This document shows positions 1-9,798 of a stretch of DNA of 64,000 bases, in pieces. A model generated the notes under the pieces. The model was given only the letters and a program-made list of their open reading frames with translations. It was not told the DNA's origin and did not search any database. Source of the DNA: a bacterium. Its GTDB lineage: Bacteria > Patescibacteriota > Minisyncoccia > Minisyncoccales > CG1-02-41-26. The stretch covers positions 1,193 through 65,192 of the forward strand of contig JAUXAO010000002.1 in the NCBI GenBank assembly GCA_030619905.1, written 5' to 3'. Numbering within the stretch: the stretch's first letter is position 1; each line of letters opens with the position of its first letter. The position numbers were made by a program, and so were the translations under genes.

Positions 1-255
1 TATGATACAAAACACTTAGGTAATTTTAGGGGATTTAAAAAAATATCAAATCTGAAATACAATATAGGGCCTTATGAATGTATTAATAAAGGGTGTGGAA
101 ATGACTGTAATATAACAATGGCTAAAATCGGAGATGAAGAATTTTATATAGGTGACAGATGCCAGAGATATAGTGCCAAAAAAGCTGAGAAAAAAATAAA
201 GCCTCCTAATTTATTTGAAGAGAGACAAAAAATAATGGAGGAGGTATGCAAATGA
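1..255 (+). CDS. 3' end of a CDS continuing upstream of the window; Cys-rich C-terminus of a BadF/BadG/BcrA/BcrD-type activase-related protein
   Basis: Frame 1 is open from base 1 to TGA at 253-255 (...ECINKGCGNDCNITMAKIGDEEFYIGDRCQRY...). It overlaps ATG 246 of the next ORF. The assignment rests mainly on pairing with the downstream ORF. Confidence 0.4.
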   Translation, partial: YDTKHLGNFRGFKKISNLKYNIGPYECINKGCGNDCNITMAKIGDEEFYIGDRCQRYSAKKAEKKIKPPNLFEERQKIMEEVCK

Positions 256-2570
256 AGATTGGAATTCCAAGGGGTTTGTTATTTAATGATTTCTCACCCT
301 TGTTTATTCCTTTTTTTAATTATTTAGGCATAAAAACAATTGTTTCAGATGAAACTAATAGGAAGATAATAAATCGTGGTTTAGAAATGGTACCAGCAGA
401 ATATTGTTTTCCAACAAAAGTTGCCTATGGTCATGTTGACAATCTGCTAAAAAAACTAAAAAAAGATGATTTTATTTTTATTCCCTATATTGCAAATACA
501 GGAAAACCAACTGGCAGCTATAACTATTGTGTCACATGTCCGTGGACACAGTCTGCACCAGATCTCATGAAATCTGCATTAAAGCTTGCCAAAGAAGGCT
601 TTAATCCAGAAAAGCTTGTTTCTCCTTCACTATCTTTTGATTGGGGATTAAATCATATTGAGGATCAGATGAAGAAAGCTGTAGCAAAGATGGGTTGTAG
701 CACAAAAAATGTTAGGGCTGCACTTCAAAAGGGATTAATAAATAAAGAGAAGTTTGATAAGAAAATTGAGGAAAAAACAAAAGAAGCCTTTGATTCTATT
801 AAAAAATATAAAAAAAACGAACCTGCTTTTTTGGTTATGGCAAGACCATACACAGCTTATGATGCAAATGTTAATAATGATATTGTAAATAAAATTTTAG
901 ATGCTGGTTATCTGGCAATACCTCTTGAACTTGCTCCAATAGGATCAATAGATATTTATAAACAAATGCCAAAGATGTACTGGATACAGGGTCAAAAGAA
1001 GCTGGCCGCAATAGAATTATTAAATAAAAATAGGAATTTATTTGGAATTGATATAACCTATTTTGCCTGTGGTCCTGATACTCAGATAAACCAGCAAATG
1101 GTATGCAGAGCACAAAAGCCATTTTTAACGATTGAAATGGATGAGCATACTGGGGATGCTGGAATTGATACTAGATTACAGGCATTCTTTAATACTGTTA
1201 AATCTTATCTTGAGATAGAAGCAAAGCAAACCAGTAAGGTTTTTAATGTAAAACTAAAGGGTCTTGATAAGATTAAAGGCAAAAAAATTCTTGTTTTTCC
1301 TCCAATGTCAAAACATAATTATGCAATATCCTCTGCTTTAAATGCCTATGGAATTCAATCAAAGGTTTTAGAGGTAAGCCCTGATGAAACCCTGGAAAAA
1401 GCAAGAAGCTGTACATGTGGCTTAGTATGCACACCCTATCTGCATACCACAGATGCTATGCTTCATTTTATGCAAAAACCAGGGTTTGATCCAGAGAAGT
1501 TTGCCTTTTTTCAGGCAACAACTGAATGTGGTCCATGTAGATTAGGCCAGTATGCAAGCCTAGAATCACTTTTATTCCAGAAAAAGGGAATAGATGTTGA
1601 TATAATAACAGGGGGTGAACTAGGAAGTGAATTCAATCTTGGCATACCCTTACTAATCAAGGCCTGGTCTGGTATGACTGCAGTTGACCAGCTTGAAAAA
1701 ATGAGAATGCACACAAGACCATATGAGGTTAATAAAGGAATCTCAGATCAGATTTATGAGAAATATCTGAAAAAGCTTCTTGATTATTTAGTAGATCCAA
1801 AAACTAATCTTGCAAAAATAAAAACCTATTTAACTATTGGAAAAGCGTTTTTTTCAAATTTATTTAATGGAAAATTATCTCCTATTGAGGAAATCTTAAG
1901 AAAAGCTCAAGAGGAATTTTCTCAAGTCAAAAGAACTAATGAAAAAAAACCAAAGATAGGCATAGTTGGCGAATTCTATGTAAGACTTCATGAGCCAGCA
2001 AACCAAAACATTATAAGAAAACTTGAGGAAAAGGGAGCAGAAATTTGGTTAGCTCCAGCAACAGAATATCTGGTTTATTCTTATTATCTTGGTTCTGTTA
2101 TTGCAAGAGAAAAGTTCAGCTTAAACAGAAAAAAAGAGGATTTAAAGGAATGGCTCTTGAAATCAATATTATATAGAGTTATGATTGGTTATGAGCATAG
2201 GTTATTTAAGGCAACCTTGCCATATATGCAGGGCTTTGATGATATACCTGCAAAAGAAATAGTTTCAAATGGTGAGAAATATATTAGACACTATATTGGC
2301 GGGGAGGCCATAGTGAGCATGGGAAAGGCAGTAGATTATGTAAAAAGAGATTTGGATGGTATTATCAGTGTTATTCCTTTTAACTGCATGCCAGGACTGA
2401 CTGTAGCTGGTTTTATCCTTAAATTTAGAAAAGATAATAATAATATTCCATTTGTATCTATAGAATATGATGGCTTTCAGGATAGTACAAGAGAAGTGAA
2501 AATAGACACCTTTGTTGCACAAGTAAAAGAAAGGCATGAGAACAAAAAATCTACACCAAAATTTTTTTAG
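246..2570 (+). CDS. acyl-CoA dehydratase activase-related protein (DUF2229-type, 'CoA-substrate-specific enzyme activase' C-terminal module)
   Basis: 774-aa ORF. The N-terminus MKIGIPRGLLFNDF...EYCFPTKVAYGHV and later repeats (IGIVGEFYVRLHE, IPFNCMPG) look like this family, by recollection rather than by search. Confidence 0.55.
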   Translation: MQMKIGIPRGLLFNDFSPLFIPFFNYLGIKTIVSDETNRKIINRGLEMVPAEYCFPTKVAYGHVDNLLKKLKKDDFIFIPYIANTGKPTGSYNYCVTCPWTQSAPDLMKSALKLAKEGFNPEKLVSPSLSFDWGLNHIEDQMKKAVAKMGCSTKNVRAALQKGLINKEKFDKKIEEKTKEAFDSIKKYKKNEPAFLVMARPYTAYDANVNNDIVNKILDAGYLAIPLELAPIGSIDIYKQMPKMYWIQGQKKLAAIELLNKNRNLFGIDITYFACGPDTQINQQMVCRAQKPFLTIEMDEHTGDAGIDTRLQAFFNTVKSYLEIEAKQTSKVFNVKLKGLDKIKGKKILVFPPMSKHNYAISSALNAYGIQSKVLEVSPDETLEKARSCTCGLVCTPYLHTTDAMLHFMQKPGFDPEKFAFFQATTECGPCRLGQYASLESLLFQKKGIDVDIITGGELGSEFNLGIPLLIKAWSGMTAVDQLEKMRMHTRPYEVNKGISDQIYEKYLKKLLDYLVDPKTNLAKIKTYLTIGKAFFSNLFNGKLSPIEEILRKAQEEFSQVKRTNEKKPKIGIVGEFYVRLHEPANQNIIRKLEEKGAEIWLAPATEYLVYSYYLGSVIAREKFSLNRKKEDLKEWLLKSILYRVMIGYEHRLFKATLPYMQGFDDIPAKEIVSNGEKYIRHYIGGEAIVSMGKAVDYVKRDLDGIISVIPFNCMPGLTVAGFILKFRKDNNNIPFVSIEYDGFQDSTREVKIDTFVAQVKERHENKKSTPKFF

Positions 2571-2649
2571 AATTTTTTTTATTTATTGTTTTATTCTGCT
2601 ATAATTGATAATCAAATTATTTGACTAATATATCTTAATTTTTGCTAAA

Positions 2650-3927
2650 ATGGTTTCTAAATCTAAAAAAAAGCGAAAAAAACCAAGAAAGCCAAGAAAA
2701 TCAAGAAAGCCAAAAACTCTAAGTTTTTCATTTAAACCGCGAAGAATTAGGATAAGGGTGATAGGTATTGGTGGTGGAGGCAGTTCTATTGTTTCAGAAA
2801 TTGCCAGAAGCGTGAAGAAAACGAATTTTCTAATAGTTGACTCTGACCATAGAGTAGTTAAGAAGGGAGGGAGAAATGTAAAGGTCTTTCAATTCGGACA
2901 AGATTTGACAGGAGGACTAGGTACAGGAATGAATGTTGATTTGGGAGAAAAAATAGCTCTAAAAGAAAAAGAAAAAATCGCCCGAATGTTCAAAGACCAA
3001 GATCTTGTTATTTTAATAGCTTCATTAGGAGGGGGGTTTGCTTCAGGGGCAGCCCCTGTTTTTGCTGAAATAGCAAAAGATTTTAAAAATATTAGTTTGG
3101 GGATATTCACTCTGCCTTTTCGCTTTGAAGGAGAGAAGAAGTTAAGGATTGCTGAAGAAGCAGTAGGCAAGATAAAAGAGAATTTATCCGGTCAGTTTGT
3201 TGTTGCTAACGAAAGAATATTTCAGATTATTGACAAAAAAACTCCTTTAAAAAAAGCTCTTTCAACCTTGAATAGATCTTTAATTTCAATGCTTGAAGAT
3301 TTAATAGAAATGATTTCCAAGCCGGGCTTGATTAACATTGACTTTGCTGATTTAAAAACAATCTTAAAAGGAAGGGGAAGATTAATTTATTTTGGCAGTG
3401 CTTTTTCCCAGGGTCCCAACCGGGCTGAAGAAGTTGTAAAGAAAGTTTTTCAGAATCCTTTAAGCATAGGGGATTTAGGAAAATCCAGAAAAATCCTATT
3501 TAATATTAAAGGAGGAAAAGATTTAACTTTGAGAGAAGTGGAGAAGATAAGCTCGGGAATTTGTAGTTTTAATCGAACAGCAAAAATAATTTTTGGAATT
3601 TCCCAAGATCCAAAATGTAATGGCAAAATCAAGTTAACTTTGCTTGAAGTTGGTGAGGAAAAACATGAAAAGAAAAAGACAAAAAGCAAGTTAAAAGAAA
3701 AAGAACTATCAGGCCAGGAAAAAACCCAAGAGAAAAAGAAACCATCTTCAGTTAAAATAGACAAGAAGGAGAAACAAATTAAAGTGGTTTTTAGAAAAGA
3801 AAAGAAGAAGAAAATTCGGAGGAGTGGTTTAGAAGTAAGGAAAGCAAAAAAAGAAGAAGAAGAACAGGAATGGACGAAAGAACCGGAATGGGAGATTCCT
3901 GCATTTTTAAGGAGAAAATCGAAATAA
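2650..3927 (+). CDS. ftsZ: cell division protein FtsZ (atypical: basic N-terminal extension, altered tubulin signature)
   Basis: IRVIGIGGGGSS, LGGGFASGAAPVFAEIAK, LINIDFADLKTIL, a long K/E-rich linker and a C-terminal EIPAFLRRK peptide. Confidence 0.85.
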   Translation: MVSKSKKKRKKPRKPRKSRKPKTLSFSFKPRRIRIRVIGIGGGGSSIVSEIARSVKKTNFLIVDSDHRVVKKGGRNVKVFQFGQDLTGGLGTGMNVDLGEKIALKEKEKIARMFKDQDLVILIASLGGGFASGAAPVFAEIAKDFKNISLGIFTLPFRFEGEKKLRIAEEAVGKIKENLSGQFVVANERIFQIIDKKTPLKKALSTLNRSLISMLEDLIEMISKPGLINIDFADLKTILKGRGRLIYFGSAFSQGPNRAEEVVKKVFQNPLSIGDLGKSRKILFNIKGGKDLTLREVEKISSGICSFNRTAKIIFGISQDPKCNGKIKLTLLEVGEEKHEKKKTKSKLKEKELSGQEKTQEKKKPSSVKIDKKEKQIKVVFRKEKKKKIRRSGLEVRKAKKEEEEQEWTKEPEWEIPAFLRRKSK

Positions 3928-3937
3928 TTAATTATCT

Positions 3938-4816
3938 ATGCAAGAAATTAAAAAAGCAATTATTCCTGTAGCTGGTCTAGGTACAAGGTTTCTGCCTTTA
4001 ACTAAAGTCTTATCAAAACCACTTTTACCTTTAGTAGACAGGCCAATGATAGATTATATTGTTCAGGAGGCAAAAGAATCCGGAATAGAACGGGTGGTTC
4101 TTGTTTTAGCAGAGGACAAGAAAAATATTCTGGATTATTTTAAAAAGAATTTAAAGTTAGAGAATCTTTTAGCAAAACGCAACCAAAAAGAAATATTAAA
4201 ATCATTAAAAACACTCGATAAGGAACTTGAAGGAATTTCTTTCTCAGCTGTTCTTCAGAAAACTCCCAGGGGAGATGGGGATGCAATTTTAAAAGCTCAA
4301 AAATTGATTGGCAAAGATGCCTGTGGGGTTCTCTTTGGTGACGATATTATTGAATCCAAAATTCCAGCTCTAGAACAATTGAGTAATATTTTCAAGACGT
4401 GTCAAAAACCGATTATTTGTTTAAAAAAAGTTCCTAAAAACATGCTTTCTTCATATGGAGTATTTAAAGTTGAAAAAATTGCCAATCGTCTTTACAAAGT
4501 CAAAGATATTATTGAAAAGCCAAAAAGTGAGGAAGAAGCGCCGTCAGACCTAGTAATTGTAGGAAGATATATTATCACGCCATTAGTTTTTGATTATTTA
4601 AAGAAGACTCGGGCTAATGATAAAGGGGAAATAATTTTAGCTGAAGCATTCAGATCAATGCTGAAAGATGGTAAAATGATTTATGGCTATGAGGTTGAAG
4701 GGAAGTGGCTGGAATGCGGGAGTAAGGAAAACTGGCTGAAATCAAATTTATATCTCTGTCTTAATCATCCTGAGTTTGGTCCAATGCTTCGAGAATTTCT
4801 CAAAAAAATAAAATAA
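3938..4816 (+). CDS. galU: UTP--glucose-1-phosphate uridylyltransferase
   Basis: KAIIPVAGLGTRFLPLTKVLSKPLLPLVDRPMIDYIV N-terminal nucleotidyltransferase motif; 292 aa. Confidence 0.85.
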   Translation: MQEIKKAIIPVAGLGTRFLPLTKVLSKPLLPLVDRPMIDYIVQEAKESGIERVVLVLAEDKKNILDYFKKNLKLENLLAKRNQKEILKSLKTLDKELEGISFSAVLQKTPRGDGDAILKAQKLIGKDACGVLFGDDIIESKIPALEQLSNIFKTCQKPIICLKKVPKNMLSSYGVFKVEKIANRLYKVKDIIEKPKSEEEAPSDLVIVGRYIITPLVFDYLKKTRANDKGEIILAEAFRSMLKDGKMIYGYEVEGKWLECGSKENWLKSNLYLCLNHPEFGPMLREFLKKIK

Positions 4817-4830
4817 TCGCTCAGATATTT

Positions 4831-5694
4831 ATGTTAAAAATTACCAAAGATATTCTTAAAAAAGTTTATCCTCCTCGAGAAACAGAAGTTCATAAATATG
4901 ACTTCGGTCTTTTATTAATTATTGGGGGAGGAGAGTTTTATACCGGGTCACCAGCTTTAGCTGGAATGGCTGCTTTTAGGTCTGGAGTTGATATGGTTCA
5001 GATTTTGGCGCCAGTTAGAGCGGCCAATATTATTGCTTCTTTTTCTCCTAATTTAGCTACTTATCCTTTAAAAGGAAAATGGCTGGATAAGGAAGATTTG
5101 CCAGATTTAGTTTCAATGACTAAATCAGCAAAACAGGTTGCTCCTGATAAAGCAGCGATTGTAATCGGCGGAGGATTGGGCAGATCAGAAGAGACAAAAG
5201 AAACAGTTTTAGAATATCTGGAACAAATTAAAATCAAAGGAGTAATTGATGCTGACGGGATTCATGCTATAGCAGAGAAACCGGAAAAAATTAAAGGAAA
5301 TAAATTTATAATTACTCCCCATGCTTTTGAATTTTTTGTTTTAACAGGAAGAGAAGTTAAAAATCTAAATTTTGAGGAAAAAGTAAAAATAGTAAAGGAA
5401 GAAGCAGCCAGGTTTGGCTCGATTATTTTGCTTAAAGGAGAAAAAGATATAATTTCCGACGGCAAAGAAGTAGCAATAAATGAGGCGGGTTCTCTTTATC
5501 TCACAGTCGGAGGAACAGGCGATGTTCTGGCTGGAATTTGTGGAAGTTTACTGGCCCAGGGAATAGAGCCGTTTTTAGCTGCTCAAGCTGCTGCTTTTAT
5601 TAATGGAAAGGCAGGAGAAATTGCAGCAAAGAAATTTGGTCCAGGATTAACAGCCACTGATTTAATTGAAGCAATTCCAAAAGTTTTAAAATAA
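4831..5694 (+). CDS. ADP-dependent NAD(P)H-hydrate dehydratase (YjeF C-terminal family carbohydrate kinase)
   Basis: HKYDFGLLLIIGGG..., GGLG, and TVGGTGDVLAGICGSLLAQG are typical of the family. Confidence 0.8.
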   Translation: MLKITKDILKKVYPPRETEVHKYDFGLLLIIGGGEFYTGSPALAGMAAFRSGVDMVQILAPVRAANIIASFSPNLATYPLKGKWLDKEDLPDLVSMTKSAKQVAPDKAAIVIGGGLGRSEETKETVLEYLEQIKIKGVIDADGIHAIAEKPEKIKGNKFIITPHAFEFFVLTGREVKNLNFEEKVKIVKEEAARFGSIILLKGEKDIISDGKEVAINEAGSLYLTVGGTGDVLAGICGSLLAQGIEPFLAAQAAAFINGKAGEIAAKKFGPGLTATDLIEAIPKVLK

Positions 5695-5696
5695 TT

Positions 5697-6635
5697 ATGC
5701 AAAATATCTACGATCTGATTATTATTGGTGGAGGACCGGCAGGAATCACTGCCGGTATTTATGCTGCCAGGAAAAAACTTAAAACCTTGTTATTAACCAA
5801 GGATTTTTTAGGTCAAGTTGGAAAAACCGGACAGGTTGATAATTACTTGGGTTTTCCTGAAATTCCTGGAATGGAATTAATGAAGAAATTTGAAAAACAT
5901 CTAAAGGAATTTGATCTTAAGATTAAAAAAGGGGATAAAGTAACAAAAGTTGAAAAAAGTAACAAGAATTTTTTGGTAAAAACAGAAAGAGGAAATGAGT
6001 TTTTAGGAAAGACTATAATTATTGCCACTGGCGCTGATCCGCGGCCTTTAGAAATTCCAGGAGAAAAGGAATTTATAGGTCGAGGAGTGTCTTACTGCGG
6101 TATTTGTGACGCCCCGTTTTTTAAAGACAAAAACACAGCAGTGATTGGCGGAGGAAATTCAGGTTTTGAAACAGCATTAGACTTGGTAAAATATAGCAGA
6201 AGAATTTTTATTTTTGAGAGATCAGATAAAATACAGGCAGATGAGATTTTGCAGGAAAAAGTAAACAAACAAGGAAAGATCCAGGTTCATCTTAATAAAG
6301 AAATGAAGGAAATTGAAGGGAAAGGAAAAGTTCAGTCTCTAATTTACAAGGATTTGAAGACTGGAAAGACTTTTCAGGTGCCGATCGAAGGAGTTTTTAT
6401 TCAAATTGGATCAGTACCAGCAACAGGTTTTTTAAAAGGGCTTTGCCAATTTAATAAAAATGATGAGGTAAAAATTAATTTTGAAACTTGTGCTACTTCT
6501 TGTCCTGGCATTTTCGCGGCTGGTGATGTTAATGATGGCAAATGGAAACAAATAATTATTGCTGCTGCTGAGGGGTGCCGGGCTGCCTTAGCGGCTCACA
6601 ATTATCTAATGCATGATAAAATCAATCAGAGCTAG
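5697..6635 (+). CDS. trxB: thioredoxin-disulfide reductase-like FAD/NAD(P) oxidoreductase
   Basis: DLIIIGGGPAGITAGIYAARK, a redox-centre region SYCGICDAPFF, VIGGGNSGFE and FAAGDV. Confidence 0.75.
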   Translation: MQNIYDLIIIGGGPAGITAGIYAARKKLKTLLLTKDFLGQVGKTGQVDNYLGFPEIPGMELMKKFEKHLKEFDLKIKKGDKVTKVEKSNKNFLVKTERGNEFLGKTIIIATGADPRPLEIPGEKEFIGRGVSYCGICDAPFFKDKNTAVIGGGNSGFETALDLVKYSRRIFIFERSDKIQADEILQEKVNKQGKIQVHLNKEMKEIEGKGKVQSLIYKDLKTGKTFQVPIEGVFIQIGSVPATGFLKGLCQFNKNDEVKINFETCATSCPGIFAAGDVNDGKWKQIIIAAAEGCRAALAAHNYLMHDKINQS

Positions 6636-7818
6636 GGAAATAATTAATTCCAGAGGAGAACCCACAGTTGAAGCCGAGGTTGAGACTGAAGACGGGGTTT
6701 TTAGGGCTTCAGTACCTTCTGGTGCCTCTAAGGGGAAATATGAGGCAGTTGAACTAAAGGATGGAGGAGATAGGCTTTCTGGCCAGGGTGTTTTGAAAGC
6801 AGTTGGGAATATTAAAGAAATTATTGAACCAAATCTTAAAGGGAAAGATGTTTCAAATCAGGAAAAGATTGATGAGATTCTAATTAAACTGGATAACACT
6901 AAAGATAAATCAAAAATTGGAGCTAATGCCATTTTGGCGGTTTCAATTGCTTGTTGCAAAGCAGGCGCAAAAGCAAACAGTGTTTCTTTATACAAATATA
7001 TTTCTCAAATTTCCAATTCAACTTTTAAATTACCCAAACCCTGTTTTAATGTTTTGAATGGTGGGACGCATGCTGGTAATGATTTAGATATTCAGGAGTT
7101 CATGATTATACCTCAGATGGAAAGTTTCAAAGAGAATTTAAGAATCGGGGTCGAAATTTATCAAAAGTTAAAAAAAATCTTAGAAAAGAGATTTGGAAGA
7201 TCAGCAATCAATTTAGGAGATGAAGGCGGATTCGCACCGCCTTTGAATAAAACAAAACATGCCTTGGATTTGATAATGGAAGCGATAAAATCAGCAGGCT
7301 ATATTGGAAAAGTAAAAATTGGTTTGGATTGTGCTGCTTCAGAATTCTTTAAAAAAGGGAAATATATTTTAGAATCTAAAGAACTTAATTCAGAAGAACT
7401 TTTGAATTTTTATGAGGATCTGGCAAAAGAATACCCCATTTTGTTTTTTGAAGATCCATTTGAGCAAGATGACTGGCAGGCATGGAAGAAAATGTCAAAT
7501 TTATTTGTTGTTGGAGATGATTTAACGGTTACTAATCCAGAGAGGATAAAAAAGGCCTATGAGGAAAAGGCCTGTAATGGAATTATTTTAAAGCCAAATC
7601 AAATCGGGACTGTTACAGAGACAATCGAGGCAGCCAAACTGGCAAAAGAGTTTAAGTGGAAAATTATTGTTTCTCATCGGTCTGGAGATACTTGTGACGA
7701 TTTTATTGCTGACCTGGCTGTTGGCATTTCAGTTGATTTTATAAAGTCAGGAGCTCCAGCCAGAGGAGAGCGGGTGGCAAAATATAATAGACTTTTGAGA
7801 ATTGAACAAGAGATATGA
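6613..7818 (+). CDS. eno: enolase (phosphopyruvate hydratase)
   Basis: IKSIRAREIINSRGEPTVEAEV, IKPNQIGTVTET and SHRSGDT. The start overlaps trxB by 23 nt. Confidence 0.95.
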   Translation: MIKSIRAREIINSRGEPTVEAEVETEDGVFRASVPSGASKGKYEAVELKDGGDRLSGQGVLKAVGNIKEIIEPNLKGKDVSNQEKIDEILIKLDNTKDKSKIGANAILAVSIACCKAGAKANSVSLYKYISQISNSTFKLPKPCFNVLNGGTHAGNDLDIQEFMIIPQMESFKENLRIGVEIYQKLKKILEKRFGRSAINLGDEGGFAPPLNKTKHALDLIMEAIKSAGYIGKVKIGLDCAASEFFKKGKYILESKELNSEELLNFYEDLAKEYPILFFEDPFEQDDWQAWKKMSNLFVVGDDLTVTNPERIKKAYEEKACNGIILKPNQIGTVTETIEAAKLAKEFKWKIIVSHRSGDTCDDFIADLAVGISVDFIKSGAPARGERVAKYNRLLRIEQEI

Positions 7819-9008
7819 AAAAGATTCTCTTTATAATTTTAGATGGTCTCGGCGATCGTCCGATTAAAGAACTGGGGAATAAGACTCCATTAGAAGCGGC
7901 GAAAACGCCGAATTTTGATTTTTTAGCCAGTAATGGAGTTTGCGGCTTGATTAAACCGGTTTATCAAGGGAGTTTCCCAAGCTCAAAAGATGCTCATTTA
8001 TCCTTATTTGGTTATGATTTGAAAAAGTGGCGTATGAATAGAGGAGTTTTTGAGGTCTTAGGAATCGGAATGGATCTTAAAAAAGAAGACATTGCCTTAA
8101 GAGGAAATTTCAGCACTGTTGATTCAAATTTTAAAATTATTGACCGTCGGGCTGGTCGAATTCCAGATACCAAACCATTAGTTAAGGCACTTCATGGTAT
8201 GACTATTCAGGGGGTTAAATTTCTATTAGGTATTGGTGTTTCTTATCGGCTGGGAATAATCTTAAGAGGCAAATATTTATCAGATAAAATTTCAGACGGA
8301 GATTTTCATAAGGCGGGTATCAAAGCTCCGAAGATTTTAGCTAAGGAAAATAGAAAAGAGGCAAAGTTTACAGCAAAGGTTTTGAATGAATTTTTGTTAA
8401 AGAGTCACCAAATTTTAAAAAATCATCCTTTGAACAAGAAAAGAATTAAAAAGGGGCAGTTGCCGGCAAACTATATTTTAGTGAGAACAGCTGGTAAATT
8501 GAAAAAACTCCCGAGTTTTGAGAAAAAATGGAAATTGAAATCTTGTTGTGTTGCTGGTGGTGTTTTATACAAAGGAATTGCTAATGTTTTTAAAATGGAT
8601 TTAATAAGAGTTAAAGAGGCAACTGGAAAATCTGATACGAATTTACAAGGAAAAATTAAAGCAGCGAAGAAAAGCTTGAACAAATATGATTTTTGTTATT
8701 TGCATATTAAAGCCACTGATAATTTCAGTCATGACGGAGATTTTTTGGGTAAGAAAAAGTTTATTGAAAAAGTTGATAAAAATTTACCCATTCTTTTTAA
8801 TATGAAAAATACCCTGATAGTAGTAACTGGCGACCACTCTACTCCTTGTAAAGTAAAGGAACACACAGCTGATCCTTTGCCAGTTTTGGTTTTTGGCTCA
8901 AAAAAGGATGAAGTTAGAAAATTTTCTGAAAAAGAGTGCGCAAAAGGAAAAATTGGTAGGATAAAGAGTTTTGGTTTTATGAAAAAAGTCCTAACTTGCA
9001 ATTTCTAG
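7815..9008 (+). CDS. apgM: 2,3-bisphosphoglycerate-independent phosphoglycerate mutase, archaeal-type
   Basis: MKKILFIILDGLGDRPIKELGNKTPLEAAKTPNFDFLA and VVTGDHSTPC; ATGA overlap with eno. Confidence 0.85.
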   Translation: MKKILFIILDGLGDRPIKELGNKTPLEAAKTPNFDFLASNGVCGLIKPVYQGSFPSSKDAHLSLFGYDLKKWRMNRGVFEVLGIGMDLKKEDIALRGNFSTVDSNFKIIDRRAGRIPDTKPLVKALHGMTIQGVKFLLGIGVSYRLGIILRGKYLSDKISDGDFHKAGIKAPKILAKENRKEAKFTAKVLNEFLLKSHQILKNHPLNKKRIKKGQLPANYILVRTAGKLKKLPSFEKKWKLKSCCVAGGVLYKGIANVFKMDLIRVKEATGKSDTNLQGKIKAAKKSLNKYDFCYLHIKATDNFSHDGDFLGKKKFIEKVDKNLPILFNMKNTLIVVTGDHSTPCKVKEHTADPLPVLVFGSKKDEVRKFSEKECAKGKIGRIKSFGFMKKVLTCNF

Positions 9009-9032
9009 AATAATTTATTAAAGTTAAATCAT

Positions 9033-9795
9033 ATGAATAAAAACATAATAAACATTGTTATTCCGATAGTAGTTTTGGTTTGTGGTGTTTTAATTGGAGT
9101 AATTATTTCCCAACAAAGTTTTTTTCACAGAAAACTTTTCTTTTCTAAATAAAGATATTCTCTCATCAGAGGAAGCTGGAGAAAAGGCGCTTGATCATAT
9201 AAATCAGAATATTCTCAAGGACAGAGGCCTAACAGCTTCTCTAACTGAAGAGCCTGTTATTAAAAATGGAGTATATGAATTAAAGTTAAAGATAGAAGAC
9301 TCAGAATTCACTTCTTATCCGACATCTTATCTGACAAGAGACGGAGAACTTCTATTCCCTGAGGCAATTGTTTTAGAAGAAGAATCCACACAACCAGAGG
9401 AAAATGATGTTATTCCAGGAAATTTTTCAGTAAGTGAAGATGAAGTTTGCCTGGAAGATGGTAAACCAATAATTTACTTTTTTGGCTCTGAAGGATGCGG
9501 TTATTGCAAATGGGAACATCCTATAATTGAAGCAGTAGCAAGTAAATTTTCAGACTACATTTCTTTTCACAATAACATGGATTCGGATGAGGATATGGAT
9601 GTGTTTAGTAAATACAGCACAGGAGGAATACCTACTTTAGTTTTTGGTTGCAAATATTACCGAGTTGGCGCTGGGACACAATCAGGCGAAGAACAGGAGA
9701 CAAAGGACTTAACGGCTTTGATTTGTAAATTAACTGGCAGCCAACCAGTTGACGTTTGTGAACAAGTTCAAGATTTAATCCAAGAAATAAAGTAA
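9033..9795 (+). pseudogene. membrane-anchored thioredoxin-fold protein (CGYC) interrupted by a frameshift at a T7 tract; could be an assembly error rather than a true pseudogene
   Basis: ATG 9033 gives MNKNIINIVIPIVVLVCGVLIGVIISQQSFF in frame 3, which stops at 9150-9152. Frame 1 is open from 9103 to 9795 with no ATG/GTG/TTG before 9577, and it encodes ...IIYFFGSEGCGYCKWEHP...GGIPTLVFGC. The frames meet at TTTTTTT 9119-9125. Confidence 0.6.
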
Positions 9796-9798
9796 AAT

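Noticed and set aside
2571-2649. Promoter-like TTGACT...TAAAAT upstream of ftsZ
   Set aside because: The spacer is 19 nt and the -10 abuts the ATG. In DNA this AT-rich the match is not distinguishable from chance.
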